Shown here: positions 1 through 8,594 of the stretch, in pieces
Layout of the letters: each line of letters begins with the position of its first letter
Position numbering within the stretch: the first letter of the stretch is position 1
From: Candidatus Hermodarchaeota archaeon
GTDB taxonomy: Archaea > Asgardarchaeota > Hermodarchaeia > Hermodarchaeales > Hermodarchaeaceae
NCBI GenBank assembly: GCA_016840065.1
Contig: JAEOTB010000101.1
Coordinates: 1-48,400 of the forward strand
Direction of reading: 5' to 3'
DNA: 48,400 nt
Program-made: the position numbers and the translations under genes
The notes under the pieces: generated by a model
Database searches by the model: none
What the model saw: the letters and a program-made list of their open reading frames with translations, nothing else
What the model was told of the DNA's origin: nothing

Positions 1-2736
1 GCTTCTTCTTATCCGGGTGTTCCGTTTACGACGGCGTTTTTGTATTTGTTTTTGTGGGCGGTTGGTGTTCGTGTTGATTTGATGTTGTTGTGTGTTTTGT
101 TTCCTGCTTTGATGGGTACGTTTGGTGTTTTTGCTGCGTTTTTTTTGGGGCGGGAGGTTGGGAATAAGGAGGTTGGTTTGTTTTGTTCGTTCTTTTTGGC
201 GATTGTTCCGTCGTATACTCAGCGTACTATTGTTGGGTTTTATGATAATGAGGCTATTGGTATTTTTGCGATTATTTTGACTTTGTTGTTCTTTGTTCGG
301 GCGTTGAGGAAGGGTAGTGTTGCTTCGGCGGTTCTTGGTGGTTTGTCTTTAGGTTATTTGTCGGCGAGTTGGAGTAGTTATTTGTATATTTTTGAGTTGT
401 TGGCGTTGTTTGCGCTTCTCCTTATCTTGTTGCGTCGTTATTCTCGGCGTCTTCTTGTCGCGTATTCGGGGACGATATTTGGTGGGTTGGCTATTGCGGT
501 TTGTGTTCCGCGGATTGGACCGGATTTTGTTCAGTCTACGATGGGGTTGATTCCCATTGGTGTTTTTGGTTTGATGGTGCTTATGGAGGTTGCTGGGACT
601 GTTCGGTTGAGTGAGAGGAGTGTGCCTGGTGCTGTGGTCGGTTTTACCACTCGTTTGCGTCCTTATGCAGCCTATGTGTTTGGGGCTATGTGCGCGCTTG
701 TCGTGGTTGGATTGGGCTTTCTATTCCAGTCTGGGTTGATAATCCAGACTCTTTCGGCGCCCGGGTTGAATCTGTTTTCTGGGCTTGCTGGGAAGTTCTC
801 CACGGTTCTTGATCCTTTCATTCGTCAGACCGCGTATCTGCTCGCATCGGTAGGTGAGCACCTTCCCTCTCCTTGGGCCTCGTTCTGGTATAACTTGGGT
901 TTTCTCATGCTTCTTATCCCCTTTGGGCTCTATACTGCCTTTAGGAGAGAGCGTGATTCTGATTTGTTGATAATTGTGTTCACTCTTACTGGAATCTACT
1001 TTACTGGGTCTATGATCCGCCTTGCGCTTCTTCTCGCTCCGGCAGCAGCTTTGGTGGGAGCCTACGGCTTGGTTGGTGTGTTAACGCCTTTCCGCACAGT
1101 TTATTGGCAGCGTCCAATTCTCACCCGTCGCCGCCGACGCATTACGCCTCCAATTTCCCGCGGCTTCGCCTCTGTGACATACATATTGGTGCTGCTGCTT
1201 TTGATGGGTACGGTCCTCTTCGCGATCCATGGTGCAAACAGCATGGGTAGTCCAGAAATGACACCTGGAAACAGAGAGCCAGCCACAGGTGAGGTAATAT
1301 TTCAGAGCAGAGATTATCTAGAAACATTCGGTTGGATGCGTAGCCATACTGCCACAGATTCTATCTTTGCCAGTTGGTGGGACTATGGTTACTGGACCCG
1401 TGTTATGGGTAATCGCTCGACGGTTGTGGATAATGCTACAACGAATAAGACGCAGATTGCCTGGATTGGTCGGATGCTTATGGAGGATGATCCAGTTGAG
1501 GCATTGCGAATTTGCCGCCGCTTCAACATTGATTATGTGTTTGTCCACTTTGGGTACGGCAAGCCGGGTTGGGGTGGTGATGAGGGTAAATGGCAGTGGA
1601 TGGCTAGGATTTCCTACGAGGTGTTTGGCGATGAAGTGGATGACGAGTTTGCATTCTGGAATCCAAACACTGGCGAATACCATGATCGATTCTTCAATTC
1701 GCTGCTGTTCAACATGCTCTATGTCAACGCTACAGATATTGAAAGTTTTGTTACGTTCTTAAACGAGCAACACGTTGATCCTACCGTTGATCCTGCACTC
1801 TCCATCTTTGAGGCATTTCCAATGGCCTATCAGTCGGAGACTCAGTTGATGAAGGTTTTCAAGCCAGATTATACCAGACTGGACAGCGAAATAGAGGTTA
1901 GAGGGGCTAGTGCCTATACTATTCATACTGGCCCTGGACCTACTGATGATCTCTCTTCTATTGTCATGGAGGTGGCTAACCCAGGTCTTCATCCGTTCGA
2001 AATCTCTAGCTTGGATGTTAAGTACTATGATGAGGTTGCAGAGGAGTGGCGAGTCGAAACCGTCAATGCGATTTTAGGATTGACTACAACCTCTGGCGAG
2101 ATGGAAGTTCCAGCCGGTGAATCGGTGGTTTGTAATGCTCGTGTTCAGCTGGAATTCGTTATTGGCACGATGATCGAAGTAACGGTAAATACTGATGATT
2201 TCCTTCCGCCTTTGAATACAACGGTACAGATTCCAGTCCGATCGCCTCCCCTGTACAACTTGACCGCTATTCAATCAGACTGCTATGCCTACGACAATGG
2301 TACAATCCATGTGGTGCTAGAGAATATCGGAGAGGGTTACTGTGAGGTAGATCGAGTAGCTCGTATTGAAGGTCATGATATCTTTCTCTCTGATAAGGCT
2401 GATCGAGGACTCCTATTGTTTACTGGTGAACAGATTGAATTCAATCTTGACGCTGCTGATGTAGGAGAAACCCTTACATCAGGGGAAAAAGTGAAGGTTG
2501 AAATCTTCTATATGGCGCTTGTCCCTGAATACTTGGGACAGAACGTAACACTAAACATGACTATACAAACAACTCCAACACCAAGTCAACCCAATTACCT
2601 CCCAATTCAGGGTAACCCATTGAACGGGATTAACCTCTATTTCGACCCGTCATCCCTAATGGCTTACGAAGTGGATTCGTCACTCTCTTGTTGCGCCTGC
2701 AGCTCTCTCTTCATTACCCGGCGATACTTCCCATAG
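1..2736 (+). CDS. aglB: Oligosaccharyltransferase AglB/STT3 (5'-partial), with a long C-terminal extracellular extension
   Basis: Frame open from base 1 (ASSYPG...); many TM helices; motifs YDNE, SVGEH, WWDYG, DNAT, DEGK; ~280 aa beta-rich tail after the catalytic domain. Confidence 0.95.
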   Translation, partial: ASSYPGVPFTTAFLYLFLWAVGVRVDLMLLCVLFPALMGTFGVFAAFFLGREVGNKEVGLFCSFFLAIVPSYTQRTIVGFYDNEAIGIFAIILTLLFFVRALRKGSVASAVLGGLSLGYLSASWSSYLYIFELLALFALLLILLRRYSRRLLVAYSGTIFGGLAIAVCVPRIGPDFVQSTMGLIPIGVFGLMVLMEVAGTVRLSERSVPGAVVGFTTRLRPYAAYVFGAMCALVVVGLGFLFQSGLIIQTLSAPGLNLFSGLAGKFSTVLDPFIRQTAYLLASVGEHLPSPWASFWYNLGFLMLLIPFGLYTAFRRERDSDLLIIVFTLTGIYFTGSMIRLALLLAPAAALVGAYGLVGVLTPFRTVYWQRPILTRRRRRITPPISRGFASVTYILVLLLLMGTVLFAIHGANSMGSPEMTPGNREPATGEVIFQSRDYLETFGWMRSHTATDSIFASWWDYGYWTRVMGNRSTVVDNATTNKTQIAWIGRMLMEDDPVEALRICRRFNIDYVFVHFGYGKPGWGGDEGKWQWMARISYEVFGDEVDDEFAFWNPNTGEYHDRFFNSLLFNMLYVNATDIESFVTFLNEQHVDPTVDPALSIFEAFPMAYQSETQLMKVFKPDYTRLDSEIEVRGASAYTIHTGPGPTDDLSSIVMEVANPGLHPFEISSLDVKYYDEVAEEWRVETVNAILGLTTTSGEMEVPAGESVVCNARVQLEFVIGTMIEVTVNTDDFLPPLNTTVQIPVRSPPLYNLTAIQSDCYAYDNGTIHVVLENIGEGYCEVDRVARIEGHDIFLSDKADRGLLLFTGEQIEFNLDAADVGETLTSGEKVKVEIFYMALVPEYLGQNVTLNMTIQTTPTPSQPNYLPIQGNPLNGINLYFDPSSLMAYEVDSSLSCCACSSLFITRRYFP

Positions 2737-2867
2737 CGGTCCTCGATAGAGAAGCGAGGTGGATGGGCAAAGACTACTGACCCGCCACAGATAGGACATT
2801 TATCTGGGTTCATCGTATAGTGAGAACAACGAGTACATTTCTTAAGTTGCCGAGGTAACGCTAACAC
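2664..2867 (-). CDS. nop10: H/ACA RNP protein Nop10
   Basis: CxxC..YT..CPxCG..HPPRFSIEDRYGKYRR; follows aIF2alpha as in the conserved archaeal operon; start uncertain. Confidence 0.93.
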   Translation of the reverse strand: MLALPRQLKKCTRCSHYTMNPDKCPICGGSVVFAHPPRFSIEDRYGKYRRVMKRELQAQQESDESTS

Positions 2868-2876
2868 CTCATCAAT

Positions 2877-3686
2877 CTAGGAGCGGGATACGACGCTGCC
2901 CTCTCCGCCGCACTCCTCGATTACTCTTAGGCTTTCCTCTACGGCACGGTCGAGAATGCTCTCCGCATCCTTGGCACCTTTTGCTCTTAACCGAATCCGG
3001 TACCGTGGTGCACCGTCAACGAATACCTCACCCTTTGCAGGTGCTACTACTGCCTGAGCAGCCAGTAGAGCCTTTCTAACACCTTCAACCCCTTCAGCGC
3101 TGGAACAGGATAGTTGTATCGTGACTTCGAGACTGATTTCCCTAACAACAACATGAATCATTGCAAGCTCGTGGAGTACATCTGCCCATTTCTTTGGTAC
3201 TCCAAGATCTCTTAGAACCGTGGCGCCCTTCTCTTTAGCCTCTTCTAGAGCCTCAAGCATGTCACTGAACTTTGATTCCATTAGTTTACCAGCTAATTCA
3301 AAGGCTTCTTCATAAGTTGTTTTAAGCCGCTCTGCTGCTAACTCGAGTAGCCTTTTTCCACGTTGACCACGTTTCCATTCTTGAATCTTCATCCGGGAAT
3401 GCTCTTTAGTTACACGACGTAACGAGAGGTCGATTTGTCCCCTCCGTGAATCGACACGGAGAACCTTCCCTACAATTTTCTGGCTTTCTCTAACGAAGTT
3501 GCGAATGTTTCTTACCCAAGTGGAAGCTATTTCGGATATGTGGATGAAAGCTTCACGGTCATCGTGTTCATCAAGGTTTGCATAAGCGCCATGCGATGTA
3601 ATTCGTGTTACCGTGGCTATTACAAGTTCTCCCACACCAGGGATCGACGAACCTCCACTACTATGCGCATCTCGGTCTTCAGACAT
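2877..3686 (-). CDS. eif2a: Translation initiation factor aIF2 alpha
   Basis: S1 domain (GELVIATV, FIHISEIAS, IDLSLRRV), C-terminal GAPRYRI. Confidence 0.95.
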   Translation of the reverse strand: MSEDRDAHSSGGSSIPGVGELVIATVTRITSHGAYANLDEHDDREAFIHISEIASTWVRNIRNFVRESQKIVGKVLRVDSRRGQIDLSLRRVTKEHSRMKIQEWKRGQRGKRLLELAAERLKTTYEEAFELAGKLMESKFSDMLEALEEAKEKGATVLRDLGVPKKWADVLHELAMIHVVVREISLEVTIQLSCSSAEGVEGVRKALLAAQAVVAPAKGEVFVDGAPRYRIRLRAKGAKDAESILDRAVEESLRVIEECGGEGSVVSRS

Positions 3687-3728
3687 TTGCACGACACCTA
3701 CAATAAAACCTAACAGGCACTATTCTGA

Positions 3729-3926
3729 TCAGTCTAGTTCAGATACAATTTCGCCGAGAATTTCAGCCTTCCCCCCAGTCGGCTTCAATAGGGGTTTCTC
3801 ACAGACATCACATTTTACAACAATTGTTGACCAACCAAAGACTATCTGTGTATCATTATCACACTCGGGACACTTCACAATATAGAACCGAGAAGTTGGT
3901 TCCGGTATCTGTCCTTTCCTAGACAT
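3729..3926 (-). CDS. rps27e: Ribosomal protein S27e
   Basis: PEPTSRF..VKCPEC..QIVF..CxxC..PTGGKA. Confidence 0.95.
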   Translation of the reverse strand: MSRKGQIPEPTSRFYIVKCPECDNDTQIVFGWSTIVVKCDVCEKPLLKPTGGKAEILGEIVSELD

Positions 3927-3936
3927 TTCACTCACC

Positions 3937-4218
3937 TTACTGAACAAACTCTATCTTCTTCAACCTATTGCCTTTACGGACGGTTGTGTGACCGCAAACC
4001 TTACACTTGTATCTAATCACATACTTCTTTGTACCAGATTTTGCGAATCGTTTCTGAACTGGTTTTGGTTGCGAGCCATACCCTGCTTTTTTCCGGTGAT
4101 AGCGTCTAACTCCAGCAGCAAGGCGACGCTCTCGGCCTTTCTTGTACAACGAGAGCGTGTGCTCCTTATGCACCTTACAACGTGCGCAATAGGTCTTAAC
4201 TGTCTTGGGTGCTTTCAC
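3937..4218 (-). CDS. rpl44e: Ribosomal protein L44e (eL42)
   Basis: PK...TYCxxC..H....YKKG, GYGSQPKP, CxxC; GTG start at 4218. Confidence 0.95.
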   Translation of the reverse strand: MKAPKTVKTYCARCKVHKEHTLSLYKKGRERRLAAGVRRYHRKKAGYGSQPKPVQKRFAKSGTKKYVIRYKCKVCGHTTVRKGNRLKKIEFVQ

Positions 4219-4783
4219 TTCGGTCAGCTCCAATAACGACAGGCTCTGCCCCGTTTCGCCGTATTATTCCACGGGCATTTTCGAGGGGGAGTACCGCCAA
4301 GTCATCAGCCCTAAACGGTCCAAATGTTTTTAAATCTACTCCAACGATTTGAGGATAATCTTCAAGGAATCGGACGAGGGATAGGCTAGAGGACGAATCG
4401 GATTCCATTGGTGCGAATATATCTTCCTCCAACATCATAACTGAGCGCAGATTTCTCGTTGTTTGTTCTACGAAACGTTGTTCCTGCCTTGTCAAAAGGC
4501 TGTGGTCAATTGTTTCTGAAGCGAGCACCAGCGCTATAATCTTCCTTATACGATGTTGTAAAAGGCTCCTCAGTATAAAACGCAGATTGGACAACTCGGT
4601 TTCAAGTAGGAGGCGATGAAGCTTTGTCACATCCTCTGATTGCACCTCTGATATCAGCTGTTCTATGTAGACTCTTAGCCTTTGCATGAATGTCTCACGG
4701 AGAGAAAGTAGTTTGTTTGACGACCGCTCCTGTTTCCAATATTCAAATAACGACTCGTATATTATCCGCGCCTCCTTATTCAC
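4196..4783 (-). CDS. GINS complex subunit (Gins51/Gins15 type)
   Basis: Helical A domain (RIRKII, LTRQE) plus C-terminal B domain (VRFLEDYPQIVGVDLKTFGPFRADDLAVLP); lies downstream of primase as usual. Confidence 0.88.
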   Translation of the reverse strand: MNKEARIIYESLFEYWKQERSSNKLLSLRETFMQRLRVYIEQLISEVQSEDVTKLHRLLLETELSNLRFILRSLLQHRIRKIIALVLASETIDHSLLTRQEQRFVEQTTRNLRSVMMLEEDIFAPMESDSSSSLSLVRFLEDYPQIVGVDLKTFGPFRADDLAVLPLENARGIIRRNGAEPVVIGADRSESTQDS

Positions 4784-6008
4784 TAATTGTTGCCACACCC
4801 TTGCCTAAGAGCAAGATAGCAGCCGAGAGAGGAAGCTCACGCCTGCATTCTGTCATAGGTGAGTATTCAGTGTTCCCCAATCTGAATCCAGGCGAGTCTT
4901 TCACATAGATTTCTAGAGAGCCCTCGAATACTTGGACATCACTAAATGGATCAAAGCCATCTAGTGACTTCATGTCTAATTGTTTAACGAGGAACCCAGT
5001 TTTACCATGCAACGAACCTGGAAGTCGAATGAGGCGGTGAATATCAGTTGTAACTGGTTCGTCTACCTTTGCACCCATCTGGTCAACCGCAAACTGGGCA
5101 ATGGCGCGCCATGCAACCTTACCGAGGCCTTTAGGCAATATGTATCTGGGCGGGTCTTCATCTAGCCTTCTCAGAATGGAGGGAGCCTCACGGACTAATT
5201 TCTCTTTCTGATGGACCTTCAAGTGAGGTATCTCCTTTATTATGGTCGGATTTTTGAAAATTGCTTGAATACCATGAGCGAGTTTCTGTTCCCACCCAAT
5301 TGTACGAACATTGGGCCCTTTTGGTATTCCGTACGATCGATCTACAAAGCCATGGTGTGGGAAATCCAGCCCTACACCAGTAATATAATCGATGATTTCT
5401 CGGCGTTCTGCGGAACCCAGAGGTTGGACTTCTTCTGTAAAACAGTGAACATGATATCCACGGTGCCCTGAGAAGACTATCATGATATCGTCGAGTTTTA
5501 CGCCGAAATCTGGCAATAGGAAATCTTCAATTATCTTGACTGCTTCGCTTCTTGCAGCGTCAAGGCATTCCTTACACATCCACTTCTGTTCCTGTATTGC
5601 TGATGATTTGCATTTCGGACAAGCATCAGGTCTTCGACCCTTTCCTCTGACCTCACACTCTTTGCAGAACCATTTATCGTGAAGCTTCTGACAGGGGAGC
5701 GTTAAATGATCAGCGTCGATATCAAAGATTAGGTTAGCGCCTAGCCATTCTTTTAGCGGCATCTTGGGTGCGTCAGGTTTCTCGTATTTTGCAGCAGAGT
5801 AGAAAACATGAGCCGGGCCCTCTTTTGCTATGAAATCAACCAGTTCCTTCTTCTCTATGAAACTGGTATGACGAAGCGCGCCCCTTCGAGTGAACCAGAA
5901 AAAGGCGAATTCACGTTGCTCAAATTCAAGTGGCACTGTAATGTTATCGGGTTTCCGCTCGTAGTATGCCGCAAACTGGTTCTTTAGGAATGCTTCGGTT
6001 TTATCCAC
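4776..6008 (-). CDS. priS: DNA primase small (catalytic) subunit
   Basis: REFAF, FDIDAD, FSGHRGYHVH, DEPVTTDIHRLIRLPGSLHGKTG. Confidence 0.96.
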   Translation of the reverse strand: MDKTEAFLKNQFAAYYERKPDNITVPLEFEQREFAFFWFTRRGALRHTSFIEKKELVDFIAKEGPAHVFYSAAKYEKPDAPKMPLKEWLGANLIFDIDADHLTLPCQKLHDKWFCKECEVRGKGRRPDACPKCKSSAIQEQKWMCKECLDAARSEAVKIIEDFLLPDFGVKLDDIMIVFSGHRGYHVHCFTEEVQPLGSAERREIIDYITGVGLDFPHHGFVDRSYGIPKGPNVRTIGWEQKLAHGIQAIFKNPTIIKEIPHLKVHQKEKLVREAPSILRRLDEDPPRYILPKGLGKVAWRAIAQFAVDQMGAKVDEPVTTDIHRLIRLPGSLHGKTGFLVKQLDMKSLDGFDPFSDVQVFEGSLEIYVKDSPGFRLGNTEYSPMTECRRELPLSAAILLLGKGVATISE

Positions 6009-7048
6009 TTTCTCCTCCTCCTATAGTAAGCGAGAGGATGACGTATGTATTCACAATATTTGTCCTTATTCACACAAAGTCGAGTGGAAACCAAATACGC
6101 ACATGCAGGTGGAGTATATTCGGTGCTCCCTCGCTTACCAGCAATGTGTTCAACCTGATACCTCGCGAGATCTTCACGGAAGTCTGGAGCCTTTACGAAC
6201 AAGTTTAGAATTGCGTCGACATCCATACCTACGTTTAGTAGAAAAGCCGTTACGGTAAATCTTGCAATGTGCGAAAGGGGTTTACCTTCAGCCATATCAG
6301 CGATAAGAGCCTTAATACAAGGCGGAAAGGCTTCGGGAACTATTTCCCCCATTATTTCTTGCTTCATACGTTCCGTACGACTGCGAACAACATTTTCTAG
6401 TTCTTCATACATTTGCTGGATGTTGGGTGGAAAGGGCGGCGAAACTCGTTTAACATCACTGATTAGTAGTTGTTCCACTGCTGCTCGAAGCACTCGTGCA
6501 GTATCTCCTTTTCTAAGAAGAACAAAGCCATTGACCATTCGTTTGTTTACTAGCTTCCATTCACGTTCATGAAAGCCAGCCGTTGCAGCAAGATAATTTG
6601 CGAAATGTAGTCGATGAGAGAATTCACGTCCAGCAATTCGAGTGGGTTTAGGATCTAACTGCCAATTGAAATTACGCTCAGCTATTGTTGCTAGCTTCAT
6701 ATCGGACTCCTTAAGGAAATAACGCTCAGCACGTTTAGCCTCCGCTGTAGCCCAACGCCGTCGGAAAAACATACTTTTTATTGCGTCAACCATTACCTTC
6801 GCAACAAAAAAACTAGCAAGTTCTACAAACTCACTACTCGTCTCACTTTTCAGAGTCAAAGGCTCTGTAGTCTCAAGAGCTTGAAGAAGCCTCCTCCGAG
6901 TTTGTTGAATCACCTGAGCATTTGCATCAATCTCTTTGAGAGAAACATCTAACTCTTTTAGTAAATTCCGTGCTGAAATTGACCACGGATATTTCGCAGC
7001 CTCATAGATTTTAGTATCCTCGAGCATTTGTCCTGCCTTAGAATTCAT
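5984..7048 (-). CDS. priL: DNA primase large subunit (Fe-S)
   Basis: FPPCI, H.ARF, PDF....RYQVEHIAG, YTPPAC..C..C..HPL.YY; start 7048 or 7027. Confidence 0.95.
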   Translation of the reverse strand: MNSKAGQMLEDTKIYEAAKYPWSISARNLLKELDVSLKEIDANAQVIQQTRRRLLQALETTEPLTLKSETSSEFVELASFFVAKVMVDAIKSMFFRRRWATAEAKRAERYFLKESDMKLATIAERNFNWQLDPKPTRIAGREFSHRLHFANYLAATAGFHEREWKLVNKRMVNGFVLLRKGDTARVLRAAVEQLLISDVKRVSPPFPPNIQQMYEELENVVRSRTERMKQEIMGEIVPEAFPPCIKALIADMAEGKPLSHIARFTVTAFLLNVGMDVDAILNLFVKAPDFREDLARYQVEHIAGKRGSTEYTPPACAYLVSTRLCVNKDKYCEYIRHPLAYYRRRRKWIKPKHS

Positions 7049-7793
7049 CTTCAACTCGCGGCGCAAGATAATAGATAATATGGCCACCGTTGATAACTGT
7101 AAAAACCAGTTTAATTGGTGTTCCCTCACCAAATTCGACTTGGACAGTATCAGACGCAGCTACTGCCTTCATCATATCACTCAGATACTCTAACGCGTAA
7201 AGAGACTTAGCCGGTTGCTTGACTTTGTATTCAAGAAGCGCTTCATCTTCTTTGCTGAGGCGCACTTCAAAGTTACCTGTGTCCCCTCTTGCAGAAATAA
7301 TCAATGCCTTTTTTGTGGCATTTAACGCGACAAAATCGCTAACGATATCCGCATCTTGAATGATTTCCTTTAGCGTGTCAGCAGTGATTTTAACAGAAAC
7401 GCCAAATTCGACTGACAGCGTTGGTGGACGTTCATCTCCCAACTCTATCAAGGCCACACTGAAGCTACGACGTGTTCGTCCTAGAAGTGTGATTACTAAT
7501 TTATTTGATTCATGATCCACACTTAGTTCCAGACTATTTCCTGAACCAGCCCGCTTGACAATCTTCTCTATCTCATCGAGGTTAATTCCGATTTTACTTT
7601 CCTCGTCACATTTATACTCACTAAAAGCACCTTTCGGTAGCTCGAAATCAACCATGGCTATTCTCGATGGATCCATGGCGCGAAGAGTAAGACCCTTAGG
7701 TGAAATCTCGAAATTTGCTTCGTCGACGAGAGCCGAGATGGCGCTTATGAGAGCTTGCCATGTCTTTGCGTCTTCAAACTTGGCCGTAAACAT
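7038..7793 (-). CDS. pcn: DNA polymerase sliding clamp PCNA
   Basis: LRAMDPSRIAMV, YYLAPRVE. Confidence 0.97.
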   Translation of the reverse strand: MFTAKFEDAKTWQALISAISALVDEANFEISPKGLTLRAMDPSRIAMVDFELPKGAFSEYKCDEESKIGINLDEIEKIVKRAGSGNSLELSVDHESNKLVITLLGRTRRSFSVALIELGDERPPTLSVEFGVSVKITADTLKEIIQDADIVSDFVALNATKKALIISARGDTGNFEVRLSKEDEALLEYKVKQPAKSLYALEYLSDMMKAVAASDTVQVEFGEGTPIKLVFTVINGGHIIYYLAPRVEDEF

Positions 7794-8144
7794 TTAGTCA
7801 TTCCTCCTAGGAAATGAGGTTTTGAATAATCGTATAGCACGTTTATATAATTGCTTATCAAGAGCAGCGATGTCCTGGATTAAATCCGCTCGAACCAATA
7901 GCGTCCCGTCGCTTGAAAGAGAAATCGTGCCAAAAACCCGGATGAAGGCTTGGAGCTTTGGAGAATCCTCTACTGATACATTAACTCGGCCAGTGTCATC
8001 ACTAAGCGTTATCAATCCATTCTGCACATCCACTACGAATCCCATTATTCGTACACGCCGACCAACATCCTCTCCCGATAGGGCACTAATTTCTTCAAAG
8101 ATTGCAGCCTCTCTGACAAAAGAAGTTCCTGACACATTCACCAT
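7794..8144 (-). CDS. Small single OB-fold protein, RPA3/RPA14-like
   Basis: 116 aa; VRIMGFV, LSDDTG, IRVFG OB pattern and C-terminal helix (LDKQLYKRA); heads the PCNA-primase operon. Confidence 0.65.
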   Translation of the reverse strand: MVNVSGTSFVREAAIFEEISALSGEDVGRRVRIMGFVVDVQNGLITLSDDTGRVNVSVEDSPKLQAFIRVFGTISLSSDGTLLVRADLIQDIAALDKQLYKRAIRLFKTSFPRRND

Positions 8145-8313
8145 CTACTTACATAGCAAGAATTTCTAATAATCAATTTAAACCTGTCCATTACAAAGGC
8201 AGCGAGGAAGGAAAGATTAAAAGCCTATCTGCTTTGATGAAGTTCTATTCCTTTTCACAGAAAGGAGAACTAATTTCATAAAAACTACAAACCTAGCATT
8301 TGAGGTGTTTTTT

Positions 8314-8565
8314 TTGTCCTGGAGAACTATCCCTCTTCGAAATGTCATTCTAGCACTTCTTGAAAAACGACAAGGTGTGCTCATAGACAAAGAACTTATC
8401 AGATTACTAAAAGCCCTAAGAGATACCACTACTCCATCAGAGTTGAATCGAACGTTAATGGAACTAGAGATTTGCGGACTTGTACATGTTCAACAGATTA
8501 CAAAGTCAAAGAGGAAGATTGAACGGGTTACTAGTCGTCGATATCTCACCATCGCAGAAGACTGA
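8314..8565 (+). CDS. Small winged-helix protein (conserved hypothetical)
   Basis: SELNRTLMELEICGLVHV wHTH pattern; GAGGTG SD before TTG 8314. Confidence 0.65.
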   Translation: MSWRTIPLRNVILALLEKRQGVLIDKELIRLLKALRDTTTPSELNRTLMELEICGLVHVQQITKSKRKIERVTSRRYLTIAED

Positions 8566-8594
8566 CAATGGTTCTGCATTATTCGTAGGTTCAG

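Noticed and set aside
3510-3545. Possible eIF2alpha Ser51 phosphosite
   Set aside because: Sequence is ISEIASTW, the ordinary archaeal form without the SELSRRR context
7049-7132. N-terminal extension of PriL in the ORF track
   Set aside because: Lies inside the PCNA 3' end; ATG at 7048 or 7027 is more plausible
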